Below, in pieces: positions 1 through 11,984 of a DNA stretch of 64,000 nt. Within the stretch, counting starts at the first letter, position 1. Each line of letters begins with the position of its first letter. The DNA comes from Naegleria gruberi (Eukaryota), in the NCBI GenBank assembly GCA_000004985.1, contig GG738849.1; one strand, given 5' to 3'. A program made the translations under genes and the position numbers. Below the pieces are notes generated by a model. It searched no databases, had not been told where the DNA came from, and saw only the letters and a list, made by a program, of their open reading frames with translations.

Positions 1-1066
1 ATAATAATAATAATGAAATATTAATTCATCCATTAGAATTAAAACAAGATATAAAAAATTCATTAAGTAATATTAATAATACTTATTTAAATTATTATAA
101 ATCTATTAATAATATAAATGGTAATAATAATAATAATAATATTAAAAATAGAAGATTAAATATTTTATTATCACATTTAAATATTATAAAAAATAATAAA
201 TATATTAAAAATACATTTCATTATATTAATAATAATAATAATAATTTAAAAAATAATTTAAATAAATTAAAAATAATAATATTAATAATATTTATTTTAA
301 TAATAATAAAAATTAAATTTAAAAATAAAAATATTAAAAATAATTTTACATTAATAGAAATATTAATAGCAATTTCCATAATGGTAACATTTAGTGGATT
401 AACAAGTATAGTATATAATGATAAATTAATAGAAAGTAAAATATCATTTACAAAAATAGAATTAAATTTAATAATACAACATGTCTATTTATATTATATT
501 CAATATAATAAATATCCAATTAAATTAAATGATATTGAAAATATTAAACAAATTACAAATTTAAATGATAAATGGAATCAACCATATATGTACATTCCAT
601 TTATAGATTGGTTAAAAATTATTGAAATTTTACAATCAAAACAAATTAATGAAAAGGAATTAAATTATAATTTAGAATGTTTACAATCTTTAATTAATTG
701 TTTAATTAATTCACAACAATCAATTGATCCTAAAATATTACTTGTTCAAAGTTCAATTCAACCAATTTTATTTTCATTTGGTTATAGAAAACCTATTTTT
801 GTATTTCAAAATGATGATTCAAATGATTCAAATGATTTTAATGATTCAAATAATAATTCATATATACAAAGTAATGAATTTAAAGAAAGATTACAATTGG
901 TTTCACAATGGATTAAAATTGCACGTGAAAAATCTGTAAGTTTTTTTATTATTTAATATTTACAATTTATATATAATTTAAATAGGTTGGGTTAATTAGA
1001 GTACAAAATACATTACAACAATTACAAAATCAATTCAATACTACTAGTAGTACTACTAATAAATAA
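1..1066 (+). CDS. Asn-rich low-complexity protein, unknown function. 5' end lies outside the window. Two exons: 1..935 and 986..1066, intron 936..985.
   Basis: The reading frame is open from position 3 in the same frame as ORF 381..956. GTAAGT donor at 936 and AG acceptor at 984-985 restore the frame, giving ...IAREKS|VGLIRVQNTLQQ...TTNK and a TAA stop at 1064-1066. The 50-nt intron is AT-rich. Confidence 0.5.
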
Positions 1067-1069
1067 TAA

Positions 1070-3801
1070 TTAAATTTGTTCAAATTCAACAATCTTTCCA
1101 CTTGCCAACATTCTTTGAACTGTGCTTGTTGATGTTGAAGATGATGCAGATGGTGGTGTATTCTTTTTCTTCTTACTCTTTTTAGAAGGTGGTGGTGTTG
1201 TTGAAGATTTGGTTTTCTTTTTCTTTTTTGGTTTTTCTTCTTCTTCATCATCGCTCATTTCATCAATATCACTACTACTCATTTCTATTTCTTCATCTTC
1301 TTCATCAATATCACTACTACTGCTACTCATATAATCTTTATTCTCTTCTTCTTCATTCTCTTCTTTATCATCATTTTCATTTCCATTATCATTATTATCA
1401 TTTTCATTAATATTACTATTAATAGAAATGATATCATGTAAATGAATTTGTTCTTTTCTATTTGCATATTTATTTTTAACATATTCTCTTGCTAATAAAC
1501 CTTTTACTAATTTTTTCCAATTATTTAAAAAACGTTCATTCTTTTTTTTAATTAATTTTTCTAATTTAACTTGTTGATATTTTAAATATTCCATTCTAAG
1601 TAATTGTTCATTTTTAGAATGTATAATAATACCATCATAAATAGGTATACTACGTTTATGTTTAAATTCAAAACCAATCATTGCTCTAGAATAATCTATT
1701 TTTAATTTTCTAGCAACAATTGTTAAACCTTTTAAAGGTTCATTATTTGTACTAATATGGCAACATCCAATTGGTAAAAATTTATCATTCCATAATTCAT
1801 ATGATCCTTTATCTGATTTTGGTATTTCATCATTTTCATTTATAATTGGTACTTGATAATCTTCTGTTTGCCATTCACCAAATAATTCTGTTAAATCTGA
1901 ATTTTTACTAAATTTAGAAGATTTTACTATTTTGTAAGGTTTTTCATTTAATTTTACTTTTTTAAAATAATCTCTTAACCATCTATCACGTGTATGAAGT
2001 GGTTTTATCCATTCTCTTAAATAAATTGAATGATTTTTAATTTTATTTATAGAATCTCTATCTTTGGGATATATTGTATCATATTTAGTAATAAATTTAT
2101 CAATTATATAAATTGGATGTGTTTGGAATTCTTGTATTGATGTTGGTATTTCTTTTAAAATTAAATTTTTAATTTCTTTAATTATTTTTTCATCAATTTC
2201 TATAAATGTATTATTTATATATATGGAATTATTTAATATTAATTCAGAATTATTTTTTATAATTAATTTATCTTGTTCTTTTTTAATATTATTATTATTA
2301 TTTGTATTATTATTATTTTTATTATTAGTAGTATTTTTATTATTAGTAGTAGTATTTTTTAAATTACTATTTATAGTATCTTTAATAATTACATCTTGTT
2401 CTTCATCATCATCTAATACATGTATAATTAAATCTTCATTTTCTAAATCAATAATTTCATTATTTTTAATTTCATTATTATTTATATTTATATTTTTAAT
2501 ATTATTATTATTTTCCATATTTGTAATAATATTATTTAAATTATTATTTTTTAATAAATAATTAGGATTTTTTAAATTAATTAAATTTTCATTAAATTCA
2601 AAAATTAAATTATTCATTAAAGTTTCAATTCTTAAATAATTTTCCTTTCCAATTAAAGTATTTGGATATTTACAAATTAAATATTTACTTGTTGTATTTC
2701 TAATAATAAAATTAAAATCTTTTAAAATATCAAATGAAAATACTATAATTGGAATTTGATTTGTTTTTTTATCTAATTTTTTAAAATATTTTTCTAAATT
2801 TTCAATTTTAATTTTTTCTACTTTAAAAGATTTATTTTTTAAAATTAATTTTTTAAAAATATTTTCACTTGTTGAATTTGGATTTTCATATTGAATTTCA
2901 ATCCAATTATTAAATTTAAATTCTTTCTTTTCTAATATTTCTATTTTTGTACAATATCTAATATTATAATTATTATAAATTAATGTAATTAAAATTAATA
3001 AATTTAATTCAAATATATTTTCAATATTTTTTTTAGAAATGTTAAAAATTACATTTTCAAAATTTTCTAAAATTTCAAATAAATTTACATTTTTAAATTT
3101 TTTAATTTTAAATTTTTTATATATAGTATCTAATAAATGATCAATAGATCTATTATCAATTAATTTTAATTCTTCTAATATACTTAATATAGTACCTTGT
3201 AATATTTCATTTTTAATAATTTCTAAAAATTTAAATTCATAATTAAAATAAATTAATAATTCTACAAAATTAATTGAACAATTTAATAATTGTTCTTTTT
3301 TAGTTTTTCTAATTATTTTTTTTCTTTTTTTAGTTTCATGTTCGTCATTTTCATTTTCTTCATTATTTATAGTAAATTGAATATATTCTTCACTTTCCAT
3401 ATTTGGTTCATCTATATTTGGTTCATCTTGTGGAATGACTTGTTCTTCCCATTCATCATTCTCTATATTTGATTCTGTTTGTTCTTCAAACATTTCAATT
3501 CTATCTTTTAATTCTTTAATAGTATCCAATTCTCTTTATATAGTAATATTAAATATTAAATATATTTAAATATTAAAATTTACCTTTCAATTTTTTGTTT
3601 CTTTTTTTTAACAACTTGCTCCTTTTCATATTCCTTTTCCTTTTCTTTTCTCTTTTTATTTTTAATTAATAATTGATCAATACTATGTGATGATTTGTTA
3701 TTTAAATTGGTAACAAGGCTTGTTTCTTCTTCATTGTCATCATCATCTTCATCGGAAGAAAAGGCATGTTTTGCTTTATATTTAACTCCGAAGGGTAACA
3801 T
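1070..3801 (-). CDS. XPC: XPC/Rad4 nucleotide-excision-repair damage-recognition protein. Two exons: 3801..3584 and 3533..1070, intron about 3534..3583.
   Basis: The C-terminal region GEWQTEDYQVPIINENDEIPKSDKGSYELW...FLPIGCCHISTN...ARKLKIDYSRAMIGFEFKHKRSIPIYDGIIIHSKNEQLL matches the BHD3 region of Rad4/XPC (WQTE.Y...PIGC..L....ARKL.ID.A.A..GF.F). ORF 3580..3801 starts with ATG at 3799-3801 and ends in a GTAAAT donor. The acceptor is ...tataaAG at 3535-3534 and the phases are consistent. The C-terminus is acidic and Ser/Thr-rich. Confidence 0.8.
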
Positions 3802-4036
3802 TTATGAGGGAGTATTATAGATGAGGATGTGGTGGTGGAGTATTATGGTGACAGGAGTTAATAATCGGTTGAGAGAGTAATGAAGTGTTTTTTGCGTTTT
3901 TTTAATTGAATTTTTTTTTATAGTCGAGTTCGAGTATGGACAAGAACTATTCATTTTCCTATTAGTGCGCACCCGTAAAATAGCCATGTAAAAATAACGA
4001 AAAATACGATTCAGGGATATAACAGAATTGATGTAA

Positions 4037-4108
4037 GGCGGCTTAGCACAGTGGCAGTGCATCAGTCTTGTAAACTGAGGGTCGAGGGTTCAATTCCCTC
4101 AGTCGCCT
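4037..4108 (+). tRNA. tRNA-Thr, anticodon UGU
   Basis: Cloverleaf by eye: acceptor GGCGGCT/AGTCGCC, D-arm GCAC-AGTGGCA-GTGC, anticodon stem TCAGT/ACTGA with loop CTTGTAA (anticodon TGT), 5-nt variable loop, T-arm GAGGG-TTCAATT-CCCTC. Confidence 0.85.
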
Positions 4109-4317
4109 TTCTTTCTTTTTAGCCGATACTTCCTATAAATTCTGCAAGTTTTGCACTTGGGATAAGAATACTCTTGGTTAATTATTTGGCGCCTATTTTA
4201 AAAGTATTTCAGCATCACTCACCGTTTTTCCATCTTTAAAAAAACTGTAAATCACCACCAACACAACTAGTCTCATCACAACTTCTACAGTAAGGTTCTC
4301 TATGTTGTTTAATAACG

Positions 4318-5910
4318 ATGATGAATAGAACCAACTCTTTTGAGACCAGACAACGAATACAAAATATGGTAAAGAGTAAGGAAAAACTCTTCTACCCACC
4401 TTCCGATGGTGAGACCGATTCTACCAACAACAGTTTGTTGTTACATGGAGGAGGGTCTTCATCGGTACAAACTTCTACCTTTGTGTCTTCATCTGCTCCT
4501 TCTTCACCTCAGAAAAAGACCTCTTCAAGACCATCAACAGCTCATAGAACTACTACTCCCACAAAATCAATATCTCTAGTTACTTCAGCCTATGAAAAGA
4601 AAATTGAAAGATTGGAAAATGAAAAGAGACTTCTTCAACATCAAGTTTCATCAGAGCAAGAAAATTCAAACAAAATCATGTTGGATTTGATACAAAGGAA
4701 AGCAAATGAGCTTAAACTTGACGATCAACAGGGGCAAACCCTCATGGATCTTGTTTCTAGCAAAACAACTATTGCTCGATTAAAAAAAGAGATGGCAATT
4801 CGAGATGAGCAATTATCAACAATGGAAAAAGATAGAGTTGAACTTGAACAAAGACTTGATGAGTGGATGAGGAGATCGGAAAACCAACAAACTCAAATAG
4901 ATAAATTAAATGATGAACATCAACATTCTCAAATCTCAAAAAAGAATCAAGATGAAAATTTGCAAGAAATTGAAAATCAAAATTTAGATTTGAGAAATAA
5001 GAATATTGCACTCGAAAATGAAAGAGAAATGTTGAGAAAAACTATTCACGAACAAGATAGCCAGTCTAAAAAATTAATTGAAAAGGTTGAAACTCTGGAA
5101 GCCAATTTGAGGCAAATGCTTGCTTTTCAAAGACAAAATCAACAGCTTAATTCTGAAAACCAGAGGCTAACTTCCCTTGTCCAAAATTTTGAATCTCAAC
5201 TGGGTCAAAAAACACAAGAAAACGATGAAATGAATAGAATGCAAGAAGAATTATTACGAGTAATTGCAGAAGAAAAGAAAAAAGTACAAGAACTCACTAA
5301 AAACTCGAGTGGAGATTCAATGCAGAGAGAAAAGACAGCAAAAGATAACGAGAGGTTGGAATTATTAGTGGATAAGTTGACTGCTGATTATAAAAAGAAT
5401 CAGAAAGAATTTTTAGAAATGAAACATCAAATGACCACTCAATTCCAAGAAAAGGAAAGTGCTCTTTTATCAGAAAATATGGTTCTAAAAAGAGAGTTAC
5501 AACACTATAAGGAAAAACTAGGAGAAGAACAAGTTAACCATCAACAAACTATCAATGATTACCAATCAAAAGTGAACCAACTAACAGAACAATTGAGGGA
5601 TCAAGTGGAATTGTATAAACGAACTGTTAGTGATCAGAATGAAGAATCTTCAAAACAAAAACAAAGGCATAATCAACAGTTAGCAAAGGTTAAAAAAGAA
5701 ATGCAGTCCAGTTATGAGATTATATCCATTCTAAGGGAAGCTAATAAGAAAATGGAGGAAAATTTTCTCAGTCAACAGAAAATCATTAATAGTATGGAAT
5801 TTGAATTGGACAAGGTCAATGCTCAAAACAAGGATTTAAAAGATCAAGTTGATATTCTAAAATTTAAGCTTCCAAAGATGTTTAAACTTGGAAATTCCCA
5901 AACAATGTAA
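4318..5910 (+). CDS. Coiled-coil protein with a Gln/Glu-rich heptad-like rod, unknown function. Single exon.
   Basis: 530-aa ORF with ATG start. Long predicted alpha-helical stretches of LENEKRLLQHQ-, LEQRLDEW- and LRQMLAFQRQNQQL-type repeats. AATAAA lies just after the stop. GC content is noticeably higher than the flanking genes. Confidence 0.65.
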   Translation: MMNRTNSFETRQRIQNMVKSKEKLFYPPSDGETDSTNNSLLLHGGGSSSVQTSTFVSSSAPSSPQKKTSSRPSTAHRTTTPTKSISLVTSAYEKKIERLENEKRLLQHQVSSEQENSNKIMLDLIQRKANELKLDDQQGQTLMDLVSSKTTIARLKKEMAIRDEQLSTMEKDRVELEQRLDEWMRRSENQQTQIDKLNDEHQHSQISKKNQDENLQEIENQNLDLRNKNIALENEREMLRKTIHEQDSQSKKLIEKVETLEANLRQMLAFQRQNQQLNSENQRLTSLVQNFESQLGQKTQENDEMNRMQEELLRVIAEEKKKVQELTKNSSGDSMQREKTAKDNERLELLVDKLTADYKKNQKEFLEMKHQMTTQFQEKESALLSENMVLKRELQHYKEKLGEEQVNHQQTINDYQSKVNQLTEQLRDQVELYKRTVSDQNEESSKQKQRHNQQLAKVKKEMQSSYEIISILREANKKMEENFLSQQKIINSMEFELDKVNAQNKDLKDQVDILKFKLPKMFKLGNSQTM

Positions 5911-6071
5911 AATAATATTCCAATAAATAAATTTATTTGAATTTCCTTTTCACAAGAAGTAGGCTGGAACAAATGAATGAACATGAGAAGGCTTGTTAGA
6001 CGAGAAGGCTTGGTTTTTGTTGTATGTAAATTTGGCGCCAACAAATTTACATACAACAACCACCAAAAAAA

Positions 6072-9000
6072 ATGGCCTTACACAACAACACTCAACAAAA
6101 ATGGTTTGGCTTTGTGACCTTTTCGGAAGGAAATCACACTACTACAACCTTTAAACATTCAATCTCAATAATAATTTTAATAGTAATATTAATATTTCAT
6201 ACAAGTTCCGTACGATCATCGATAACACTGAGTAATTCCACTTGTTCAAAAAGCTCTCAGTTTTTTGATTCATCATCAATGTTCTGTAAGGATTGTTCCA
6301 CTAATGAAGTATCCACGGATGGATTGTATTGTTACTGTAATGAAGGGTATAAGCTCACTTTTACTACTTCATCAAAGACTTGTGAGCAATGTACATTCGC
6401 ATCTTCAAGAGATCGGTCAATTTGTATGACATGTGGACCTTCAACTTTGGGATTTGACTCTACTCTAAAAGACTGTAAATGCAATGGAACTTCAAAATTA
6501 GTTGAAATAGATGCAGGTGGAAATTATCTAAGTGCCAAACAATGCATTTCATGTGGTTCAAAATCAATTCCTCATCCTTCGAATAGATATTTGTGCTCCC
6601 CTTGTCCTGATCCACTGATGCAAGCAAGTACAGATGGAACTTCCTGTGTTTGCCCTTCTTCACATCAATTAGTAAGTTTAAAAAGATATTTAAATGATAA
6701 AAACATGAGTTTAGTGGTCTAATATGTGCATTCTGAAAGATGCCTACCTTGATATCAATAGCAAATATCCTATTGATTCATCTGCCTTAATAACCTTTAT
6801 CCAAGTATTCGAAAATAGTCGACAAGATACCCCGTCAACTGAATCTGTGAGATCAAAGTTATTTTATGATTACTTTTATCAGGCTGGAGCTCATTGTAAA
6901 TCATTACAAAATGTCACTGCTTGCCAAATGCTTGCAAACCTGTGTACCTTACTCTTGTATGATGAATCTACTCCTGCTTGTAAAATGTATTACTCCATTT
7001 TCAATACACTAACTGAGGACAGAGTAAATGGTTTCAGCGGTTGGAAGAATGGCCTTCCATGGTTAAAGTACACTGGAACAGCAAGTGAAAATTTGTACAA
7101 TACTGATTTGCTTCAATCTGTTGGATTGAGTGGAAGGAAGGATAGAGTATCACGATTACAGTTTTATCTCTCCAAATTCAATGTCTATGGAAATTGGTTA
7201 GGTTTTGAAGAGTTGACCAATCAATTAGAACTATGTCCAACAAGTAATTTTCAAGGATCTGGTTTTTTAGATTTTGGAAACAATTATGTTAAAAATTGTT
7301 TTTACAATGTCCTCTCCTTACCTTATTCCCAATCTACTTTCTTTTATGAACTTTGTAAGTAATATGTCTTGTTTCAAAGACTAACCATTCAATTCAGATA
7401 TTTTGGACAGTGGCATACTCTACCCAGTTCCAGTTCAAATTCTTAAAGATGACAAGACATCGTTCGCTGATATTGGTACAAGTACTCTCTACAGAAGGTT
7501 CTTCTTGTACGACAACCTTGCTGGGGTCACTACCGATGGTACAACTCCTTCCGTTGTTAGAATTTTGGAGAGTGCTCAGCTCTATGTATCATTAAATCCA
7601 TCAGTTTCAGAAAAAATTTATCCACCAACACTTACCTTAAAGTATACATCAAGAAAGATACAAAGTTCAACACTTTCAAAATTTGTAACCTCTGACACTG
7701 AATCAATAACCTCTCCAACAATTTCATTCTCTGCCTCCTATATCCAATCTCAACAAACACCTTGGATTATTGTTTTAGTGTTTGCAATTATTGGTCTAGT
7801 AGGAAGTCTATTGACATCCTGCATTGCTAGCTACAGATACTCAAGAAGAAGATTAGCACAAATAGACTTTCCAACTCTTGGAAAGTTTATATTTACTTTT
7901 TGTGCCCACTTTTCAAATTATTTATTTATTGTAATTATTGTAATTGTCTCTCTATACTATTTATTTTTCAAGTTACAAGACAGTGTGTTTATTTTGCTTC
8001 CAAATTTTGATGGAGCTGATAAGTGGTATTTCTTTGTCATTGTTTTTGTAGCTCTATTGGGTAAAACCCTTGATTTAGGTTATGAGTTTTATAAGCATTG
8101 CAGTTATGATATTTTCTTTATGGATTGGGAAAAGTCAAAAGGAAAAGTAGTTGGAGTTGGAGGAAGAGCTGAAGGATCTTATTCATCAGTCAGTATATGG
8201 AGAAGCTATTTCATTGCTAAAGAATGGGAGAAACTCCAAGAATTAACATGGACTAGTTTGGAATTCACATTGATTCTGGTTCTTCTTATTTTAGATGGAG
8301 GTAATGTAATTCAATTAGCATCTACATCACCATTGGAGAATAAGATTCTTACAAATTATCCTAGTCATCCTATTTTGAGACTTGCACTCTTGATGTGGTT
8401 CTACTTGTCCATATCATTGCTGCAATATTTGTTTTTCAAATTTGTATTGTACAGATTTACTAGAAATCCAATCACTTCACTCATTGATACATGCTCAATT
8501 GCCAATATCAGTATTGTAATACTTGACGAATTACATTCAGGATGTTATATTCATGGTGAGAGTATATTCCGTTTTGCAGATTCTAATATGAAAGAGTTTT
8601 ATGAGGGCCTTTCTCTTGAGAGTAATGATTTCTTTCCAAAGAGAGGATTGCTTCAAACCTCGAGTGAACAGAAAAGAAATGTTGTATTAACATTTGATTT
8701 GTACATTTCAAGGTCTGTCAGAGAAAACTATGATAACTTCCTTCTCATTCCAATTCAGGAGGAGGAAGCAAAGAATGGTTTTTTAAGAAGAGCAGTAGGA
8801 AACCAGAGGGGTGTTTCAAATCAAAGACCAAACATGCCCCAAGTTAATACTTTCAATAATAATAACCAATTTCCTCCAAATCCTCAAAATCATGAAACCC
8901 AACAACCTAATCCAACAAATCCTGTCACTCTTAATCCTCCAATTGAACAACCCATCCAACAGACAATGAGAGAGAGAAACCAAATCAACAATCCTCTTCT

Positions 9001-9484
9001 CAATTCTCCTCTACAAGGTGATTTTAGAATTAGTGATATTTTCAACTTTAATGTAGGCCAAAAGAGTAGATACATTCCAGCAGCATTTATTGATGGTTAC
9101 AATACAATCAATGAATATTTCAAGAGAGTTGTGACTGATGTAAAAATCAAACAAGGACAAATTTTGGACAAGCAACTTTCCTACAGATTAGGATTTACTC
9201 CAGATTTTATTTATCAACACGATAGAGAATTTTTCTTTAAGGATGACTATGAACATTTTTTCCAAAACTATTCCTTCTTTAGGGTAATGTTGAGAGGAAC
9301 TGAATGGAAAATGATCTTTTTCAATATTCTCTTGTTTGCCATTCTGAACATTTTCTGGGAATCAGTTTTTGGAATACTAATGATTGTTTATGTTATTAAT
9401 AGAGGATTTTTGTGGTTGAGACGTAATTTTGTAAGGAAAAACTTAATCTCAAAAACATTACTTGATAGAAGATTTTTGTTTTAA
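6072..9484 (+). CDS. TMEM67: Meckelin (TMEM67)-like protein with a Cys-rich ectodomain and a multi-pass membrane C-terminus. Three exons: 6072..6671, 6715..7354, 7398..9484.
   Basis: N-terminal signal peptide and a Cys-rich region (CKDCSTN, CYCNEGY, CEQC, CMTCGP). Motifs NVTACQMLANLCTLLLYD, GWKNGLPWLKY and SKFNVYGNWLGFEEL align with human meckelin CQALGNMCVMNMNSYD, WRQNLPWLFY and AAQYSLNGNFLGWQD. The C-terminal half carries several hydrophobic TM segments. Two 43-nt introns (GTAAGT...AG at 6672..6714 and 7355..7397) join the three ORF-track ORFs in consistent phase. Confidence 0.7.
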
Positions 9485-9651
9485 TAAAATTATTAAATAA
9501 TTTCAAAATTAATATCCATATATAATATTGTATCATTACAATTTCCAATCAAAACAAGACAAAATTCTCAAAGCCTTAAACTATTTATACACAAACAACT
9601 TTAAAAAAAAACAGTCAACAACAACAATAAGAAAATTCACATTCTCAAAGT

Positions 9652-11667
9652 ATGAAACATTCAATTAGCAGTGACAAGGGTAGTACTAATCATATAATAG
9701 TTGAATTTCAATTATTTATATCGAATGCAATCAAGGCTGATTTGAGGAATATTTCCAAGACTTTAAATCAATCAAAAGACTTTTATCAAGAACAACAACG
9801 ACAACAAGCCTCTCGATTCCTATCTATATTATATGGTGGTGATGAAAATGATGATGAGAATGATAATTTATCACTTAAAGATAAAATTGAAAAGGTGATC
9901 AAGCCTTGCATTAAATTAATTTGTGGATTTATTCATAATTTATCATCAAAAGAAAAGATTTCTAAAGAATCAATATTGAATAGATTAATATCAAATTGTA
10001 AATTGACTATTTATGTATTATTTGAAATATTCATGTATCCGAATAGTAGTATATTGAAGAATAGTTTAGTTTCTAATAAGGATGATGATAATGATGAAAC
10101 TATGAATAATAATTTGGATGAAGACAATTCTATTATAATTAATTCAGAAATTGCTTCCTACTTTGGTTTATATGATGAATTAGTTTGTTTTATGATCATG
10201 TTTAGTTATGATGAAAACTTTTTAGAAACTTTAACTTTAATGAATCCACAACGATTCTCCAATATTAAGGTTGAACACTCCAGTGAATTGATGAAACAAT
10301 TTCTAAATAGAATATTTAATTGGATTTGTGTAACAAGTGTTGAGAATGAAATTCAACATCAACTCTCTTCACTTGGTTATCAAATTGTGTTTAAACATTT
10401 AATTCATTCAATTCAAAATGTTATATTTAAATCATTGAATAATAATGGTAATGGAATTGGATTTCATTCAACTCATATGAATATTGCAAAGTATTGGTTT
10501 AGAAAATTGTGGAAACATGATAGTTCATTAATGAAACCTCATTTAATTGAATTGTTGAAGAGATTGTTTATTGTAATGAAAGTGAAGAGAACTAATCAAT
10601 TTCATTCAACATTTAATATTTATATGAATGAATTAATTCAATCTCTAATGAAATCTAAAACAACATCCTCAACAGATGAAGAAGCCACTGAAGAAGATTT
10701 TAGTAAATTCATTCTTCAATCATTGAAAGAAATAATTACAAATACAACTGAGGAAATTGAGGCAAAAAATCAAGCAATTATAATGTATTACAATTTATTA
10801 ATTGATGATATTGATAATATTGAAGATCATAACAGTTCAATTGTCAAATCATTTGTTGAATTAATGTTTGATAAGGTACTATTCACTAATAAGAATGCAG
10901 ATTGTAGAATAACAGCATTGGAAATGATTCAGAAAATTGTTGAATCTAAATTTTACAAACGTAGAATTAATCAGCAATCAAATAATCAAGCGAATATTGT
11001 GCCAATTAATAGAATCCTCAACCAAACATCACATGTTTTGAAATTTGATCCAAATCAAAGTGTTAGGAAGGTCTCTTTTGATTTATGGTTGTTGATTTTC
11101 GATTTATTACCTCAACAAGGAGATGACAACAATAATAATCAGCAACACAATTTACTAATTCTCTCAAACATGTTACATATTAAATCAAGAGATAAAGAAA
11201 AGAGAATTAGAGTTAAAGTTTTTGAAAAGATTACAGAGATGGGAATTTTCAGATTCAATCAATCACTTTTAGAACAAATGAAACATCAAGATGAGTATTC
11301 TGAACCAATCGTTTCTAACAAATCATTGAAACTCACAAGAATAGTTCGTACAAAGAAGATTTCCAATGATTCTAATCATTCAACATTGGTTTGCCATGTT
11401 TTAAGGGAAATTCTAATTATTGGAATGTTGGATGAGGAGAAGAAAGTAAGAGATTTGACAGAGCAATTATTTGTAGATTTGGTATTGTCAGAGTTGAATC
11501 CATTAGAATTGATGAAAGAATTGGAGGAGAGTTATCATGAAATTGTAAGAACAACTACAGTTATTGGTAGCAGTACAGATGAGCGTTCACAAAAACCCAC
11601 TTGTTGGGCTCTATTTGAGGGTGTTCTAAAAGGAAACATTAACAATCTCTATTCAAAGCAGTTATAA
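9652..11667 (+). CDS. Large helical-repeat (HEAT/ARM-like) protein of unknown function
   Basis: 671-aa uninterrupted ORF with ATG start. The amphipathic helical-repeat character runs throughout the sequence. I recognise no confident family motif. Confidence 0.55.
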   Translation: MKHSISSDKGSTNHIIVEFQLFISNAIKADLRNISKTLNQSKDFYQEQQRQQASRFLSILYGGDENDDENDNLSLKDKIEKVIKPCIKLICGFIHNLSSKEKISKESILNRLISNCKLTIYVLFEIFMYPNSSILKNSLVSNKDDDNDETMNNNLDEDNSIIINSEIASYFGLYDELVCFMIMFSYDENFLETLTLMNPQRFSNIKVEHSSELMKQFLNRIFNWICVTSVENEIQHQLSSLGYQIVFKHLIHSIQNVIFKSLNNNGNGIGFHSTHMNIAKYWFRKLWKHDSSLMKPHLIELLKRLFIVMKVKRTNQFHSTFNIYMNELIQSLMKSKTTSSTDEEATEEDFSKFILQSLKEIITNTTEEIEAKNQAIIMYYNLLIDDIDNIEDHNSSIVKSFVELMFDKVLFTNKNADCRITALEMIQKIVESKFYKRRINQQSNNQANIVPINRILNQTSHVLKFDPNQSVRKVSFDLWLLIFDLLPQQGDDNNNNQQHNLLILSNMLHIKSRDKEKRIRVKVFEKITEMGIFRFNQSLLEQMKHQDEYSEPIVSNKSLKLTRIVRTKKISNDSNHSTLVCHVLREILIIGMLDEEKKVRDLTEQLFVDLVLSELNPLELMKELEESYHEIVRTTTVIGSSTDERSQKPTCWALFEGVLKGNINNLYSKQL

Positions 11668-11984
11668 CTATATATTTCCTTGTAATTTTAGCCTGTTGGT
11701 TTACCAAGAGTTTTAATAGACATTCGTTCAGTTACAATCATATTCATACCACACAGTAAGAACCAATATACTATTCAACATTCAAATAAATACACAACTG
11801 ATAATTATAATTTAATCGTTTGTTGTTTACTAGTGTACAAGAGTTTAAATCGGAGAGAGACAAAATTTGTGTGATGATAATTAGAATTGCAACATTGCTG
11901 TGTGAAAAGAGATAGTACTATTTGATGATTGATCATATTCGATTGAATCAAATATAGAATCATCAAATTGTTTTGTTGCTTGAC

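Noticed and set aside
1122-1410. Plus-strand ORFs (1122..1334, 1189..1410) made of Ser/Leu/His/Tyr repeats
   Set aside because: They lie antisense to the acidic/Ser-rich C-terminal low-complexity region of the XPC gene (repeats of tcttcttca/catcat). They are repeat-driven open frames, not genes.
2223-3472. Plus-strand Phe/Leu/Ile-rich ORFs (2223..2561, 3290..3472)
   Set aside because: They are antisense to the Asn/Lys-rich coding sequence of XPC. An open frame on the complement is expected in A/T-biased sequence.
3802-4062. Minus-strand ORF MHCHCAKPPY... of 86 aa
   Set aside because: It overlaps the tRNA-Thr gene and the XPC promoter region. It has a non-coding-like composition and no continuation.
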